The notes under the pieces: model-generated
What the model was told of the DNA's origin: nothing
Seen by the model: the letters and a program-made list of their open reading frames with translations, nothing else
Databases searched by the model: none
NCBI GenBank assembly: GCA_963664195.1
Contig: OY760907.1
Span: 2,528,001 to 2,592,000, forward strand
From: an uncultured candidate division Zixibacteria bacterium
GTDB lineage: Bacteria; Zixibacteria; MSB-5A5; GN15; FEB-12
DNA length: 64,000 nucleotides
Reading direction: 5' to 3'
Part shown: positions 42,176-52,380 of the stretch, in pieces
Numbering within the stretch: the stretch's first letter is position 1
How the letters are laid out: each line of letters starts with the position of its first letter
Translations under genes and position numbers: made by a program

Positions 42176-42805
42176 GTGATCATGACGGTTAAAGTATACA
42201 ACCATGAGGGTGCCGAAGTCGGGACTGTCGATCTGAAGTCCGAAGTGTTCGGTATCGAGCCGAACGAGGCTGTGGTGCACCAGTACGTGGTGAATTATCT
42301 GGCCCGCCAGAGGCAGGGAAACGCAGATACCAGGACCCGCAGAGATGTCCGGGGCGGCGGCCGTAAGCCGTGGCGCCAGAAGGGCACCGGTCGGGCTCGT
42401 TCCGGCACTAGCCGGTCTCCGGTCTGGAAGGGCGGCGGTACCGTTTTTGGTCCGCACCCGAGGGACTACGGTTCGCGTTTTCCTAAGAAGATGAAACGGC
42501 TTGCAATGCAGTCGGTGTTCTCTGACAAGGCCAAAGACGAGAAGATTAAGGTCGTGGACAAGGCGGAGTTTGCCGAAATCAAGACCCGGCAGGTGGTCAC
42601 TATGCTGACCAAGCTGGATCTTCAGGGCAAGAAATGTCTGGTCTTGGACGAGGGTAGAAACGACAATCTGTCGCTTTCCTGTCGCAACATCGAGGGTGTG
42701 AAGTACCGCCGGGCCGCGCTGGCCAACGGTTACGAGGTTCTCGATGCGGACTATGTCCTGTTCACCAAAGCGGGCCTGGAAAAGATCGAGGAGGTATTCT
42801 CATGA
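42176..42805 (+). CDS. rplD: 50S ribosomal protein L4
   Basis: RQG, GGGRKPWRQKGTGRARSG, GGGTVFGP (start could be 42182). Confidence 0.98.
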   Translation: MIMTVKVYNHEGAEVGTVDLKSEVFGIEPNEAVVHQYVVNYLARQRQGNADTRTRRDVRGGGRKPWRQKGTGRARSGTSRSPVWKGGGTVFGPHPRDYGSRFPKKMKRLAMQSVFSDKAKDEKIKVVDKAEFAEIKTRQVVTMLTKLDLQGKKCLVLDEGRNDNLSLSCRNIEGVKYRRAALANGYEVLDADYVLFTKAGLEKIEEVFS

Positions 42806-43095
42806 ACTTGGACCCTCGTCGGATTATCAAGTCGCACATGGTGACCGAGCGTTCCACGACGCTCAAGGAGACGAACAATGCGTACGTCTTTGAGGTGGAC
42901 AAGAGAGCAAACAAGTACGTGATTAAGGCGGCGGTCGAAAAGACGTTCAACGTCAAAGTGGCTTCCGTGAGAACGATGATCATGCCGGGCAAACTGAAAC
43001 GAATGGGCCGGTTCGCCGGCAAGACTTCCACGTGGAAGAAGGCCATCGTTCAGTTGAAGGATAATCAGAACATTAGCATGTTTGAGAACATGTAA
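42802..43095 (+). CDS. rplW: 50S ribosomal protein L23
   Basis: YVFEVD.RANK..IK.AVE, WKKAIV. Confidence 0.97.
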   Translation: MNLDPRRIIKSHMVTERSTTLKETNNAYVFEVDKRANKYVIKAAVEKTFNVKVASVRTMIMPGKLKRMGRFAGKTSTWKKAIVQLKDNQNISMFENM

Positions 43096-43110
43096 GAACG
43101 GTAAGACGAT

Positions 43111-43941
43111 ATGGCTATTAAGAAATTTCGCCCAGTAACGCCCTCGTCGCGATTCCGCACTGTCCCGACGTTTGAAGAGATTACGTCGACCGTGCCGGAA
43201 AAGGCGCTCCTTCGACCGCTGAAAAAATCCGGCGGCCGTAACAACAAGGGTCGTATCACAGCTTATAACCGCGGCGGCGGACACAAACGGTTCTATCGTG
43301 TTATTGACTTCAAGCGCAATAAACACGGTATTCCTGCGCGCGTAGCCTCGATTGAGTACGATCCGAACAGATCCGCTCGTATCGCCCTGCTGCACTACGT
43401 TGATGGTGAAAAGCGGTACATCATTGCCGCTGATGGCGTCAACGTCAATGATATGCTGATGTCAGGTCCCGAGGCGGAGATCCGTGTCGGGAACTCGATG
43501 CCAATCGAGAGGATGCCGCTGGGTTCGATGTTGCATAACATCGAATTGCGCCCCGGCAAGGGAGCACAAATGGTGCGTACCGCCGGTGCCATGGCCCAGC
43601 TCGTAGCCAAAGAAGGTAACAAGGTGACTTTGAAGATGCCGTCGGGCGAAGTAAGAACCGTCCCGTGCATCTGCTACGGCACCCTCGGCCAGGTTGGGAA
43701 CCTTGACCACAAGAACGTTATCTGGGGAAAAGCCGGTGCGTCCCGTTGGCGCGGCTGGCGACCCAACGTTCGTGGTGTGGCCATGAATCCGGTTGACCAC
43801 CCTATGGGCGGCGGTGAAGGCCGTACGTCGGGTGGACGTCACCCTTGTACCCCGTGGGGTAAACCAACGAAAGGGTACAAGACCCGGAGCAAACGTAAGT
43901 CACTTGATCACCTTGTAGAAAGTCGCAAGAAGGCGAAATAG
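43111..43941 (+). CDS. rplB: 50S ribosomal protein L2
   Basis: [30 protein letters not shown]. Confidence 0.99.
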   Translation: MAIKKFRPVTPSSRFRTVPTFEEITSTVPEKALLRPLKKSGGRNNKGRITAYNRGGGHKRFYRVIDFKRNKHGIPARVASIEYDPNRSARIALLHYVDGEKRYIIAADGVNVNDMLMSGPEAEIRVGNSMPIERMPLGSMLHNIELRPGKGAQMVRTAGAMAQLVAKEGNKVTLKMPSGEVRTVPCICYGTLGQVGNLDHKNVIWGKAGASRWRGWRPNVRGVAMNPVDHPMGGGEGRTSGGRHPCTPWGKPTKGYKTRSKRKSLDHLVESRKKAK

Positions 43942-43955
43942 CACGGAGTTAATTT

Positions 43956-44246
43956 ATGCCGAGATCGCTGAAAAAAGGTCCGTATATCGACATTAAGCTG
44001 CAGGCCAAAGTCGATAAGCTGAATAAGAGCGGTGACAAGAAGGTTGTTAAAACCTGGTCACGTCGTTCCACGATCAGCCCTGATTTCGTCGGACACACAT
44101 TTGCCGTCCATAATGGGAATAAGTTTATTCCGATTTACGTGACTGAGAATATGGTGGGGCACAAGCTAGGTGAATTCTCCCCAACTCGGACCTACCGCGG
44201 ACATGGCGGCAAACTGGTCGAACGCACTTCGCAATTGAAAGGGTAG
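43956..44246 (+). CDS. rpsS: 30S ribosomal protein S19 (canonical)
   Basis: [32 protein letters not shown]. Confidence 0.99.
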   Translation: MPRSLKKGPYIDIKLQAKVDKLNKSGDKKVVKTWSRRSTISPDFVGHTFAVHNGNKFIPIYVTENMVGHKLGEFSPTRTYRGHGGKLVERTSQLKG

Positions 44247-44254
44247 TGTAAGGT

Positions 44255-45028
44255 ATGGCCCAGGAAGCACAGGACCGTCCGGTCACTAATAAGTTGTTAG
44301 CAACGGTACTCGCTCTCAACGAAGCCGACGAAAAGAAGGTCATTAAGACCCGTAACCGTCGCACAAAAATCAAACCGGAATATGTCGGTCATACGTTCGC
44401 CGTATTTAACGGCCAGGGATATTCCAATGTTCACATAACGTCGGAGATGGTCGGACGTCAGTTGGGGAAGGTCTCCCCGAGGCATCTGCCGACTGCCACG
44501 GCCAAGTTCCTCAGTATTCCGCCGCGCAAGATGCGTCAGGTTGCGGATCTGATCAAAGGACAGCCGGTCGCGAAGGCTCTGAATATACTGAACTTCACGC
44601 CGAAGATCGCCGCGCATCACATGGCACAGGTTCTGCAGGCGGCCGTGGCCAACAAGTTGTCGCTTGAAGGTACTGCGGCTCTGAATCCGGAGGATCTCCG
44701 GGTTAGCCAGATTTGTGTGGATCCGGGACCGACCGCCAAGCGTATTCAGTTCCAGTCCATGGGCCGTGTGTATCGGATTCGCAAGCGTTATTGCCATCTG
44801 GCGATTTACCTCGATACGGTTGCGGGCGTCGACGTGCAGAGTCTGGCGGGCAAGGTAGCCGCCAAGGGTTCCGCGGCGCCGAAGAAGGATACGAAGAAGA
44901 AAGCCAAGTCTGCCAAGAGCGGGACGGCCACGAAAAAGACCGCTCCGAAGAAGGTCGGCAAGGTTGCAGATAAGAAAAGCGCCAAGACTCAGGCGACAGG
45001 CCAGAAGGGCTCCCAGCGGGGTCGTTGA
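44255..45028 (+). CDS. rplV: 50S ribosomal protein L22 carrying an N-terminal uS19-like domain and a Lys/Ala-rich C-terminal tail
   Basis: aa 10-75 align gaplessly with the upstream S19; aa about 80-187 are L22 (PRKMRQVADLIKG, AAVAN, VDPGPT.KR..GR...I.KR..H); aa 188-257 low complexity. Confidence 0.93.
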   Translation: MAQEAQDRPVTNKLLATVLALNEADEKKVIKTRNRRTKIKPEYVGHTFAVFNGQGYSNVHITSEMVGRQLGKVSPRHLPTATAKFLSIPPRKMRQVADLIKGQPVAKALNILNFTPKIAAHHMAQVLQAAVANKLSLEGTAALNPEDLRVSQICVDPGPTAKRIQFQSMGRVYRIRKRYCHLAIYLDTVAGVDVQSLAGKVAAKGSAAPKKDTKKKAKSAKSGTATKKTAPKKVGKVADKKSAKTQATGQKGSQRGR

Positions 45029-45069
45029 GGCACAGACGAGAATAGCATGGATTTTTTGAGGAGATAGAT

Positions 45070-46002
45070 TTGGGACAGAAGACTCACCCCATAGGTTTCC
45101 GCCTGGGGATCATTAAGCCGTGGAACAGCCGGTGGTATGCCTCGGATCGGAACTTCGCCGATCTGGTTTACGAGGACATGATGGTCAAGCGCTATATCAG
45201 AAAGCGTCTTGACAATGCCGGTATAGCCAACGTGTTGATCTCTCGCGCACCCAAAAAGGTTTCGGTCGATATCATGACCTCCCGTCCGGGTATCGTGATC
45301 GGTCGCAGAGGGGCCGAAGTTGACAAGCTGCGTGAAGAGCTGCAGCTTCTGACCAAGAAAGACATCCTGCTGAATATCGTCGAGGTCAGGAAGCCGGAGC
45401 TGGATGCCCAGCTTGTGGCCGACTCGATCGCCCGACAGCTCGAGGGACGTATTTCTTTCCGTCGCGCAATGAAAAAGTCACTGGCTGCCACTATGAAAAT
45501 GGGCGCCCAGGGCATCAAGATTCAGTGCGGTGGCCGCCTCGGCGGTGCAGAAATCGCCCGTTCAGAGAAGTATATGGAAGGTCGCGTTCCGCTTCATACG
45601 CTGCGCGCTGATATTCACTATGCTACCTCCACGGCGAATACCACCTACGGCACGATCGGCATAAAAGTATGGATCTGTCGTGGCGAGATTCTGGGCAAAG
45701 GCCAGTGGGTTGACGGTGTTCAGGATGAGAAATCCGAGGGTCGTGATACCGGTGCTCCGTCGCCGAGATCCCGCCGAGGAAGAGATGACGGACCTGGTGG
45801 TCGCGGTGACAAGCGCCCGCGCGGACGGCTCCGTCGTCCGGGACAGAAAGGTCCGGCCCCGCGTGGCCGTCGACCAGATGCCCGACCGCCACAGGGTCGC
45901 AGGCCTCAAGGCCCGACCACGGCTCCCAGTACACCCCCGGCTGCACCTGCCGCTCCGAATAAGGACGCAGGCGGTTCCGGCGGAACAGAGCCGAAGGCAT
46001 AA
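45070..46002 (+). CDS. rpsC: 30S ribosomal protein S3 with about 100-aa Arg/Gly/Pro-rich tail
   Basis: [42 protein letters not shown]. Confidence 0.98.
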   Translation: MGQKTHPIGFRLGIIKPWNSRWYASDRNFADLVYEDMMVKRYIRKRLDNAGIANVLISRAPKKVSVDIMTSRPGIVIGRRGAEVDKLREELQLLTKKDILLNIVEVRKPELDAQLVADSIARQLEGRISFRRAMKKSLAATMKMGAQGIKIQCGGRLGGAEIARSEKYMEGRVPLHTLRADIHYATSTANTTYGTIGIKVWICRGEILGKGQWVDGVQDEKSEGRDTGAPSPRSRRGRDDGPGGRGDKRPRGRLRRPGQKGPAPRGRRPDARPPQGRRPQGPTTAPSTPPAAPAAPNKDAGGSGGTEPKA

Positions 46003-46033
46003 ACCAGATTACCAGAGCGTGGAGTATTAGCCA

Positions 46034-46456
<423 letters not shown>

Positions 46457-46458
46457 TC

Positions 46459-46719
46459 ATGAAGATTCAGGAACTGCGCGAACTCACTCGCACCGAGTTG
46501 GAGCAAAGGAAAAACGACCTTGAAGACGAGCGTTTCAATCTCGTGATGCGCAAATCGTACAAGACGCTCGACAATCCGCTCCGTCTGCGCACCATCCGTC
46601 GCGAGGCGGCCAAGATAAATACGTTGCTCCGCGAGGATGAAATGGGAATATCCAAACTCGCGCAGAGCAAAACCTCCATCCTGTCTGATACCGACGCCGG
46701 TAAGAACGACAAGAAGTGA
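46459..46719 (+). CDS. rpmC: 50S ribosomal protein L29 with C-terminal extension
   Basis: ELR..EL, LDNP.RLR.IRR..AKI.T; position after rplP. Confidence 0.92.
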   Translation: MKIQELRELTRTELEQRKNDLEDERFNLVMRKSYKTLDNPLRLRTIRREAAKINTLLREDEMGISKLAQSKTSILSDTDAGKNDKK

Positions 46720-46733
46720 CCAGGGAGATGTAA

Positions 46734-47000
46734 ATGAGCCAGGTGGCAGAAAGAAATAACCGGAAAGTGCGTGTGGGTACCGTGGTCTCTAGCGCCATGG
46801 ACAAAAGCATCGTTGTGCGCGTGGATCGCCAGATGAAGCATCCGCTGTACAAGAAGCCGGTCAAATCTTCGTCTAAGCTGCACGCCCACGACGAAAAGAA
46901 CACGGCAAGTGTTGGGGATCTGGTCCGCGTGATGGAGACCAGACCGCTGTCAAAGACCAAGCGCTGGCGCCTGGTGGAAATCGTAGAGAAAGCCAAGTAG
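46734..47000 (+). CDS. rpsQ: 30S ribosomal protein S17
   Basis: [29 protein letters not shown]. Confidence 0.98.
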   Translation: MSQVAERNNRKVRVGTVVSSAMDKSIVVRVDRQMKHPLYKKPVKSSSKLHAHDEKNTASVGDLVRVMETRPLSKTKRWRLVEIVEKAK

Positions 47001-47039
47001 CCTATTGTGCTGTTCCAGGCTAAGTAAGGGTGTCTGAAA

Positions 47040-47408
47040 ATGATTCAGGAATTCACAGTTCTCTCAGTGGCCGATAACTCCGGTGCCAAACGCGCTATGT
47101 GTTTCCGCATACTGGGCGGCAGCAAGAAGAAGTCAGCTTCAATCGGTGACATCGTTGTCGTAACGGTCAAGGAAGCCATCCCCGGCGGTACGGTGAAGAA
47201 GTCCGAAGTCTGCAAGGCCGTGGTTGTCAGGACGAAGGCGCCGATTCAGCGCAAGGATGGATCGTTGATCCGCTTCTCCGACAACGCTGCAGTGATCATA
47301 AACGACCAGAAGGAGCCTCGCGGTACACGTATCTTCGGACCCGTTGCGCGTGAGCTTAGAGACAAGAACTTTATGAAGATTATCTCCCTCGCACCCGAGG
47401 TCCTCTAG
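47040..47408 (+). CDS. rplN: 50S ribosomal protein L14
   Basis: [28 protein letters not shown]. Confidence 0.99.
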   Translation: MIQEFTVLSVADNSGAKRAMCFRILGGSKKKSASIGDIVVVTVKEAIPGGTVKKSEVCKAVVVRTKAPIQRKDGSLIRFSDNAAVIINDQKEPRGTRIFGPVARELRDKNFMKIISLAPEVL

Positions 47409-47423
47409 GAGGGAGGCGTAGAT

Positions 47424-47747
47424 ATGATTATCAAAAAAGGCGATACCGTGTATATTCGGACCGGCTCCAGTAAAGGGCAGACCGGTCGTGTGCTGGCAGT
47501 TGACCACAAAAAGAATACCGTTCTTGTTGAGGGTATCAACATGCGTAAGAAGCACCAGCGTCCGACGCAGCAGAATCAGAAGGGTGGTATCCTCTCGGTC
47601 GAAGCTCCGGTCCACCTGAGCAACGTCGCGCTGTTCGTGCAGCAGGACGGCAAGAATACGCCGACCCGCATCAAGAAAAAAGCGGTGGCCGAGGGTAATA
47701 AGAAAACCCGGGTCCGCATCGCGGTCAAGACCGGAGAACAAATCTAA
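47424..47747 (+). CDS. rplX: 50S ribosomal protein L24
   Basis: IKKGDTV..G..KG..G.V, EAPVHLSNV. Confidence 0.97.
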   Translation: MIIKKGDTVYIRTGSSKGQTGRVLAVDHKKNTVLVEGINMRKKHQRPTQQNQKGGILSVEAPVHLSNVALFVQQDGKNTPTRIKKKAVAEGNKKTRVRIAVKTGEQI

Positions 47748-47762
47748 GGTAGAGTGTGAGCT

Positions 47763-48302
47763 ATGGTGACGCTGAAACAAAAATACACCGATGAGGTTGT
47801 GCCGAAGCTGCAGAAGGAGTACAAGTACTCCTCCATTATGCAGGTTCCGAAGATAACCAAGGTGACCGTTAACCTTGGGGTCGGCGAAGCAACCCAGAAT
47901 CCGAAATCGCTCGAAGCGGCAGTGGGCGACCTGACTGCGATCACCGGACAGAAGCCCGTGGTCACCCGCGCCCGCAAGAGCATTTCTAATTTCAAGCTGC
48001 GCGAAGGGATGCCGATCGGCTGTGCCGTCACGCTTCGTCGCGCACACATGTACGAGTTCCTCGATCGGCTGATCAACATTGCAATGCCCCGCATCCGCGA
48101 CTTCCGCGGTATCAACCCGAAGGGTTTCGATGGGCGTGGCAACTATAACCTTGGTCTCAAGGAACAGTTGATCTTCCCGGAAATCGATTACGATAAAATA
48201 GACAAGGTTCGTGGTATGACGATCTCGATTACGACGACCGCTAAAACCGATGACGAGGCTCGGCTGTTGCTCAAGGAATTGGGCATGCCGTTCCGCAAGT
48301 AG
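47763..48302 (+). CDS. rplE: 50S ribosomal protein L5
   Basis: [27 protein letters not shown]. Confidence 0.99.
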   Translation: MVTLKQKYTDEVVPKLQKEYKYSSIMQVPKITKVTVNLGVGEATQNPKSLEAAVGDLTAITGQKPVVTRARKSISNFKLREGMPIGCAVTLRRAHMYEFLDRLINIAMPRIRDFRGINPKGFDGRGNYNLGLKEQLIFPEIDYDKIDKVRGMTISITTTAKTDDEARLLLKELGMPFRK

Positions 48303-48309
48303 GTGACTA

Positions 48310-48495
48310 ATGGCAAAGAAGTGTCTTATAGAGAAACAGCAACGGGAACCGAAATTCAAGGTTCGAACGTATAGCCGCTGCCGCCGGTGTGGCCGACCAA
48401 GGGCTTTCATGCGCCGGTTTGGTCTCTGCCGTATTTGTTTCCGCGAGATGGCCCTTGCGGGTGAACTGCCTGGCGTTACCAAGGCAAGCTGGTAA
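48310..48495 (+). CDS. rpsN: 30S ribosomal protein S14 (type Z, Zn-binding)
   Basis: 61 aa; [22 protein letters not shown]. Confidence 0.97.
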   Translation: MAKKCLIEKQQREPKFKVRTYSRCRRCGRPRAFMRRFGLCRICFREMALAGELPGVTKASW

Positions 48496-48534
48496 AACGA
48501 TTCAGATGAGAAAAGCACTCGGGAGATGTAGCTT

Positions 48535-48936
48535 ATGAGTATGACCGATCCGGTCGCTGACCTGCTAACAAGGGTCAGGAACGCGTCGAAGGCAAAGAAG
48601 CCGGCCGTTGATGTCCCGGCTTCCAACCTCAAGCGGGAAATAGTCCGTATCCTCAAGGACAACTACTTTATCAGTGATACGGTGGAACTCCCTGACGGCA
48701 AGCAGGGCATCCTGCGTGTCTATCTTCGCTACAGCGCAGGGGACAAGCCGGTTATCCTGGGAATTCAGCGCGTGTCGCGTCCAGGACTGCGGAAGTTCCT
48801 TAATGCTGAAGAAGTCCGCCTGTCGACTTTTAATACTCGCGGTATTTCGATCCTCAGCACTTCTTCGGGGGTGATGACGAACATTGACGCGGCCAAGAAG
48901 AAAATCGGCGGCGAAATTATGGTCAGATGCTGGTAA
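48535..48936 (+). CDS. rpsH: 30S ribosomal protein S8
   Basis: DPVADLLTRVRNA, RVSRPGLR, ILSTSSG. Confidence 0.98.
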   Translation: MSMTDPVADLLTRVRNASKAKKPAVDVPASNLKREIVRILKDNYFISDTVELPDGKQGILRVYLRYSAGDKPVILGIQRVSRPGLRKFLNAEEVRLSTFNTRGISILSTSSGVMTNIDAAKKKIGGEIMVRCW

Positions 48937-48952
48937 AAAGAGGAATGGTAAG

Positions 48953-49498
48953 ATGTCGCGCATAGGGAAAGCTCCGGTCGTCGTGCCGGACAAAACCAAA
49001 GTTGAGATCAACGGTTCGCATGTCAGCGTGACCGGTCCCAAGGGTACGCTTGAGCGCGATATTCATCGCGAAATGACAGCGACACTCGAAGGCTCGGAAA
49101 TCCTGGTTACGCGGCCGTCAGATCAGAAACGTCACCGGGCGCTGCACGGGCTGACCCGGTCGTTGATCGCCAACATGGTCGAAGGTGTGACTACCGGTTA
49201 CACCCGTGAACTGAAGATTATCGGTGTCGGGTATCGCGCCGAGGTGAGGGGCAGAACGTTGGTCCTTTATCTGGGGTACTCGCATCCGATCGCCTTCTAT
49301 GCTCCGGACGGCGTCGATATGGCCGTGGAGCCAAAGCAGAACAAGATTATTGTCACCGGAATAAACAAGGAATTGGTCGGCCAGACGGCCGCCAAGATCC
49401 GATCGTTCCGCAAGCCGGAGCCGTACAAAGGCAAGGGCATCAGGTACTGGGACGAGCAGGTGCAAACCAAGGCCGGCAAAACCGCCGGTGCAGCATAA
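48953..49498 (+). CDS. rplF: 50S ribosomal protein L6
   Basis: MSRIGK, GVGYRA, PEPYKGKGIRY; ATG 48953. Confidence 0.98.
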   Translation: MSRIGKAPVVVPDKTKVEINGSHVSVTGPKGTLERDIHREMTATLEGSEILVTRPSDQKRHRALHGLTRSLIANMVEGVTTGYTRELKIIGVGYRAEVRGRTLVLYLGYSHPIAFYAPDGVDMAVEPKQNKIIVTGINKELVGQTAAKIRSFRKPEPYKGKGIRYWDEQVQTKAGKTAGAA

Positions 49499-49516
49499 GC
49501 CTGGGTGTAATTAGAC

Positions 49517-49891
49517 ATGGCAGATAAGAACGTACAGAAGAATCGGAAGGCCGCTCGTCGCAGACGGCGCGTTCGCGGAAAAGTGTTCGGAACCGGGAAT
49601 CGTCCCCGGCTTACCGTATGCAAATCCCTCAAGAACGTATTTGCACAAATCATCGACGATGAAAAGCACGTGACCCTGATTGGCCTGGCCTCAAATTCCA
49701 AGGCTGTTATCGAGGGTGGCGATAAACCCGAAAACAAGACCGCGCAGGCGAAAAATGTCGGTATGAAAATCGCCGAGATGGCCCGGGATAAAGGTATTGA
49801 ATCGGTCGTGTTTGACCGCAACGAGTACCGTTACCACGGCCGTATCAAAGCGGTTGCCGAAGGCGCCCGCAAAGGCGGCCTGAAGTTTTAA
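49517..49891 (+). CDS. rplR: 50S ribosomal protein L18
   Basis: RPRL.V, AQIIDD, VVFDR..YHGR..A.AR.GGL.F. Confidence 0.98.
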   Translation: MADKNVQKNRKAARRRRRVRGKVFGTGNRPRLTVCKSLKNVFAQIIDDEKHVTLIGLASNSKAVIEGGDKPENKTAQAKNVGMKIAEMARDKGIESVVFDRNEYRYHGRIKAVAEGARKGGLKF

Positions 49892-49932
49892 CTACGAAGA
49901 CATGAGTTTTTGTATACGTGAAGAGGTAGAGA

Positions 49933-50415
49933 TTGGCTAAGTACGAACTGGATAATCTCGAATTCGAAGAGAAAGTAATCACCGTAAACCGGGTTGCCAA
50001 AGTGGTGAAAGGTGGACGTCGGTTCAGCTTTACTGCTCTGGTCGCGGTGGGTGACAAGCAGGGCAAGGTCGGTATCGGCCTTGGCAAGGGACGTGAAGTC
50101 GCTGACTGCATCCGCAAGGGCACCGAGGCCGCCCGTCGTCAGATGGTATCGGTCAATCTTGTCGACGGTACGATTCCGCATCGTATCGATGGTGAATTCG
50201 GCGCCACGACTATCGTGATGCGTCCGGCTTCTCCGGGTACGGGTGTGATCGCCGGCGGCGCGGTTCGAGTAGTTCTTGAGACGCTGGGCGTCCAGGATAT
50301 CCTCGCCAAGGTGCTCGGCAGCCGCAATCCCAATAACGTGGTCAAGGCGACCATGAACGGTCTGCTCAGTCTTCGTACTCGGGAGCAGGAAACCAGCTTC
50401 CGCGAAAAAGCATAA
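49933..50415 (+). CDS. rpsE: 30S ribosomal protein S5
   Basis: [27 protein letters not shown]. Confidence 0.98.
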   Translation: MAKYELDNLEFEEKVITVNRVAKVVKGGRRFSFTALVAVGDKQGKVGIGLGKGREVADCIRKGTEAARRQMVSVNLVDGTIPHRIDGEFGATTIVMRPASPGTGVIAGGAVRVVLETLGVQDILAKVLGSRNPNNVVKATMNGLLSLRTREQETSFREKA

Positions 50416-50436
50416 GCGGTTGGAGGTAGGAGCAGG

Positions 50437-50616
50437 ATGAAGCTGAAAGTAACGCAGGTGAGAAGCACCATCGACCGCAAGGAGCCGCAGAAGCGCACCA
50501 TAAAGGCGCTCGGTCTGGGCAAGATGCATCGGTCCGTCGTGCACAATGATACCCCACAAATCCGGGGCATGATCAAAGCTGTGATCCACCTTGTTGAGGT
50601 GGAAGAAATAGACTAG
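50437..50616 (+). CDS. rpmD: 50S ribosomal protein L30
   Basis: Read manually: [35 protein letters not shown] (59 aa). Confidence 0.95.
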   Translation: MKLKVTQVRSTIDRKEPQKRTIKALGLGKMHRSVVHNDTPQIRGMIKAVIHLVEVEEID

Positions 50617-50631
50617 AGATAGAGGCGCCAG

Positions 50632-51075
50632 ATGAAACTGCATGATTTAAAACCGGCCGAAGGTTCCAAAAAGGACCGAAAACGCGTAGGCCGTGGAACG
50701 GGCAGCGGAACGGGCAAAACCTCCGGACGTGGCCACAAGGGCCAGGGATCGCGTAGCGGTTACGGAGGAAAGGTCGGTTTCGAAGGCGGACAGATGCCGC
50801 TGGCACGTCGCTTTCCGAAGCACGGGTTTACCAATATTTTCAAGAAACAATTCCAGATTGTCAATGTTCAGGATCTGCCTCGCTGCAACGCCAGCGAGAT
50901 CACTCCGGAAACACTGAAGACAGCTGGGTTAATCAAGAAAACCTCTGTGCCGGTCAAGGTTCTTGGCAACGGTGAGATCGACACAGCTTATACGGTTAAG
51001 GTGGCGGCATTCTCCAAGTCAGCGATTGCGAAGCTTGAGAAGGCCGGCGGAAAAGCCGAGGTGGTTGCGTGCTAG
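50632..51075 (+). CDS. rplO: 50S ribosomal protein L15
   Basis: RVGRG.GSG.GKTSGRGHKGQ, FEGGQMPL. Confidence 0.98.
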   Translation: MKLHDLKPAEGSKKDRKRVGRGTGSGTGKTSGRGHKGQGSRSGYGGKVGFEGGQMPLARRFPKHGFTNIFKKQFQIVNVQDLPRCNASEITPETLKTAGLIKKTSVPVKVLGNGEIDTAYTVKVAAFSKSAIAKLEKAGGKAEVVAC

Positions 51076-52379
51076 AGACTTTTGGGTCAATCTTTAGGGT
51101 CGAAGAACTTAGAAAGAAAATCTTTTTCACGCTGGGCATTCTGATCGTCTATCGGATCGGTGGTCATATCCCGACTCCGGGCGTCGACGGTTCTGTCATC
51201 AGTGCCGCGCTCGCGCAAAACTCCATCTTCGGTCTGCTGGACCTTTTTGCCGGCGGCGCTTTTGCCAAGGCTACTATCTTCGCCATGGGCATCATGCCCT
51301 ACATTTCGGCGTCGATTATGCTCCAGTTGCTCGGTGCGGTTGTTCCGTACCTGCAGCGCCTGCAACGCGAGGGGGAAGAGGGACGGCGCAAGATTACCCA
51401 GTACACCAGGTATCTCACTGTGCTGATCGCAGGTCTCCAGGCCTGGGGAACGGCAGGCTTCCTGGCTACTATCACCGGCCCCGGCGGCCGGATTGCCGTC
51501 CACATGGACACCATGTATTTCATACCGCTGACAATTCTCACGTTTACGTGCGGTACGATCTTTATCATGTGGCTCGGCGAGCAGATTACTGAACGGGGTA
51601 TTGGTAACGGTATCTCGTTGATCATCTTCATCGGCATCATCGCCCGTTTCCCGGAAGCGGTCATACAAGAGGCTCGCTACGTGTTGGTTGGCACTCGGCC
51701 GATCCTGCTTGAAATCCTCATTGTGGCGATGATGCTCGGTGTGATTGCCGCGATTGTGCTGATCACGCGCGCGCAGCGTCGCATCCCGGTGCAGTATCCG
51801 CGCAAGGTTGTCGGTCGCCGCGTTTTCGGCGGTGCTGCCACACACCTTCCGTTGTCGGTTAACTCCGCCGGTGTTATTCCGATCATTTTCGCGCAGTCGA
51901 TCATGTTCCTGCCGTCCACTGTTGCCCAGCTCTTCCCGGAAGTTGACTGGCTCCAGAATCTGGTGGCCGTTTCGCTTGCGCCGGGCGGACTATGGTACTC
52001 GATCATTTACGGTACGATCATTGTCTTCTTTGCGTTCTTCTATACGGCGATTGTGTTCAACCCGATGGAAATCGCCAATAACATGAGAAAGAACGGTGGA
52101 TACATCCCCGGTATCAGACCGGGTAAAAACACCGCTAACTATATCGAGAAAGTACTCACTCGTATCACTTTGCCGGGTGCGCTGTTCTTTGCTGCTATCG
52201 CTATTCTGCCATGGGTGCTGATTAGCCATTTCAACGTGCAGTTCTTCTTCGGCGGTACGGGTCTGCTGATTGTGGTTGGTGTTGCCCTCGACACGTTGCA
52301 GCAGATTGAGTCCCATCTGGTGATGCGTCATTACGATGGGTTTATGAAGAAGGGCAAAATCCGCGGGAGGTCAATGTAA
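51069..52379 (+). CDS. secY: Preprotein translocase subunit SecY
   Basis: GIMPYISASI, WLGEQITERGIGNG, AGVIPIIFA, IPGIRPG. Confidence 0.99.
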   Translation: MLETFGSIFRVEELRKKIFFTLGILIVYRIGGHIPTPGVDGSVISAALAQNSIFGLLDLFAGGAFAKATIFAMGIMPYISASIMLQLLGAVVPYLQRLQREGEEGRRKITQYTRYLTVLIAGLQAWGTAGFLATITGPGGRIAVHMDTMYFIPLTILTFTCGTIFIMWLGEQITERGIGNGISLIIFIGIIARFPEAVIQEARYVLVGTRPILLEILIVAMMLGVIAAIVLITRAQRRIPVQYPRKVVGRRVFGGAATHLPLSVNSAGVIPIIFAQSIMFLPSTVAQLFPEVDWLQNLVAVSLAPGGLWYSIIYGTIIVFFAFFYTAIVFNPMEIANNMRKNGGYIPGIRPGKNTANYIEKVLTRITLPGALFFAAIAILPWVLISHFNVQFFFGGTGLLIVVGVALDTLQQIESHLVMRHYDGFMKKGKIRGRSM

Positions 52380-52380
52380 T

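Noticed and set aside
43956..44479. S19 duplication as an assembly artefact
   Set aside because: The copies share only about half their residues and differ at many synonymous sites; an artefact would be near-identical in DNA
47139..48662. 507-aa antisense ORF and other long minus-strand ORFs over tuf, rpoB, rpoC, rpsB, dxs and gpsA
   Set aside because: Shadow frames of highly conserved plus-strand genes, with no recognisable motifs
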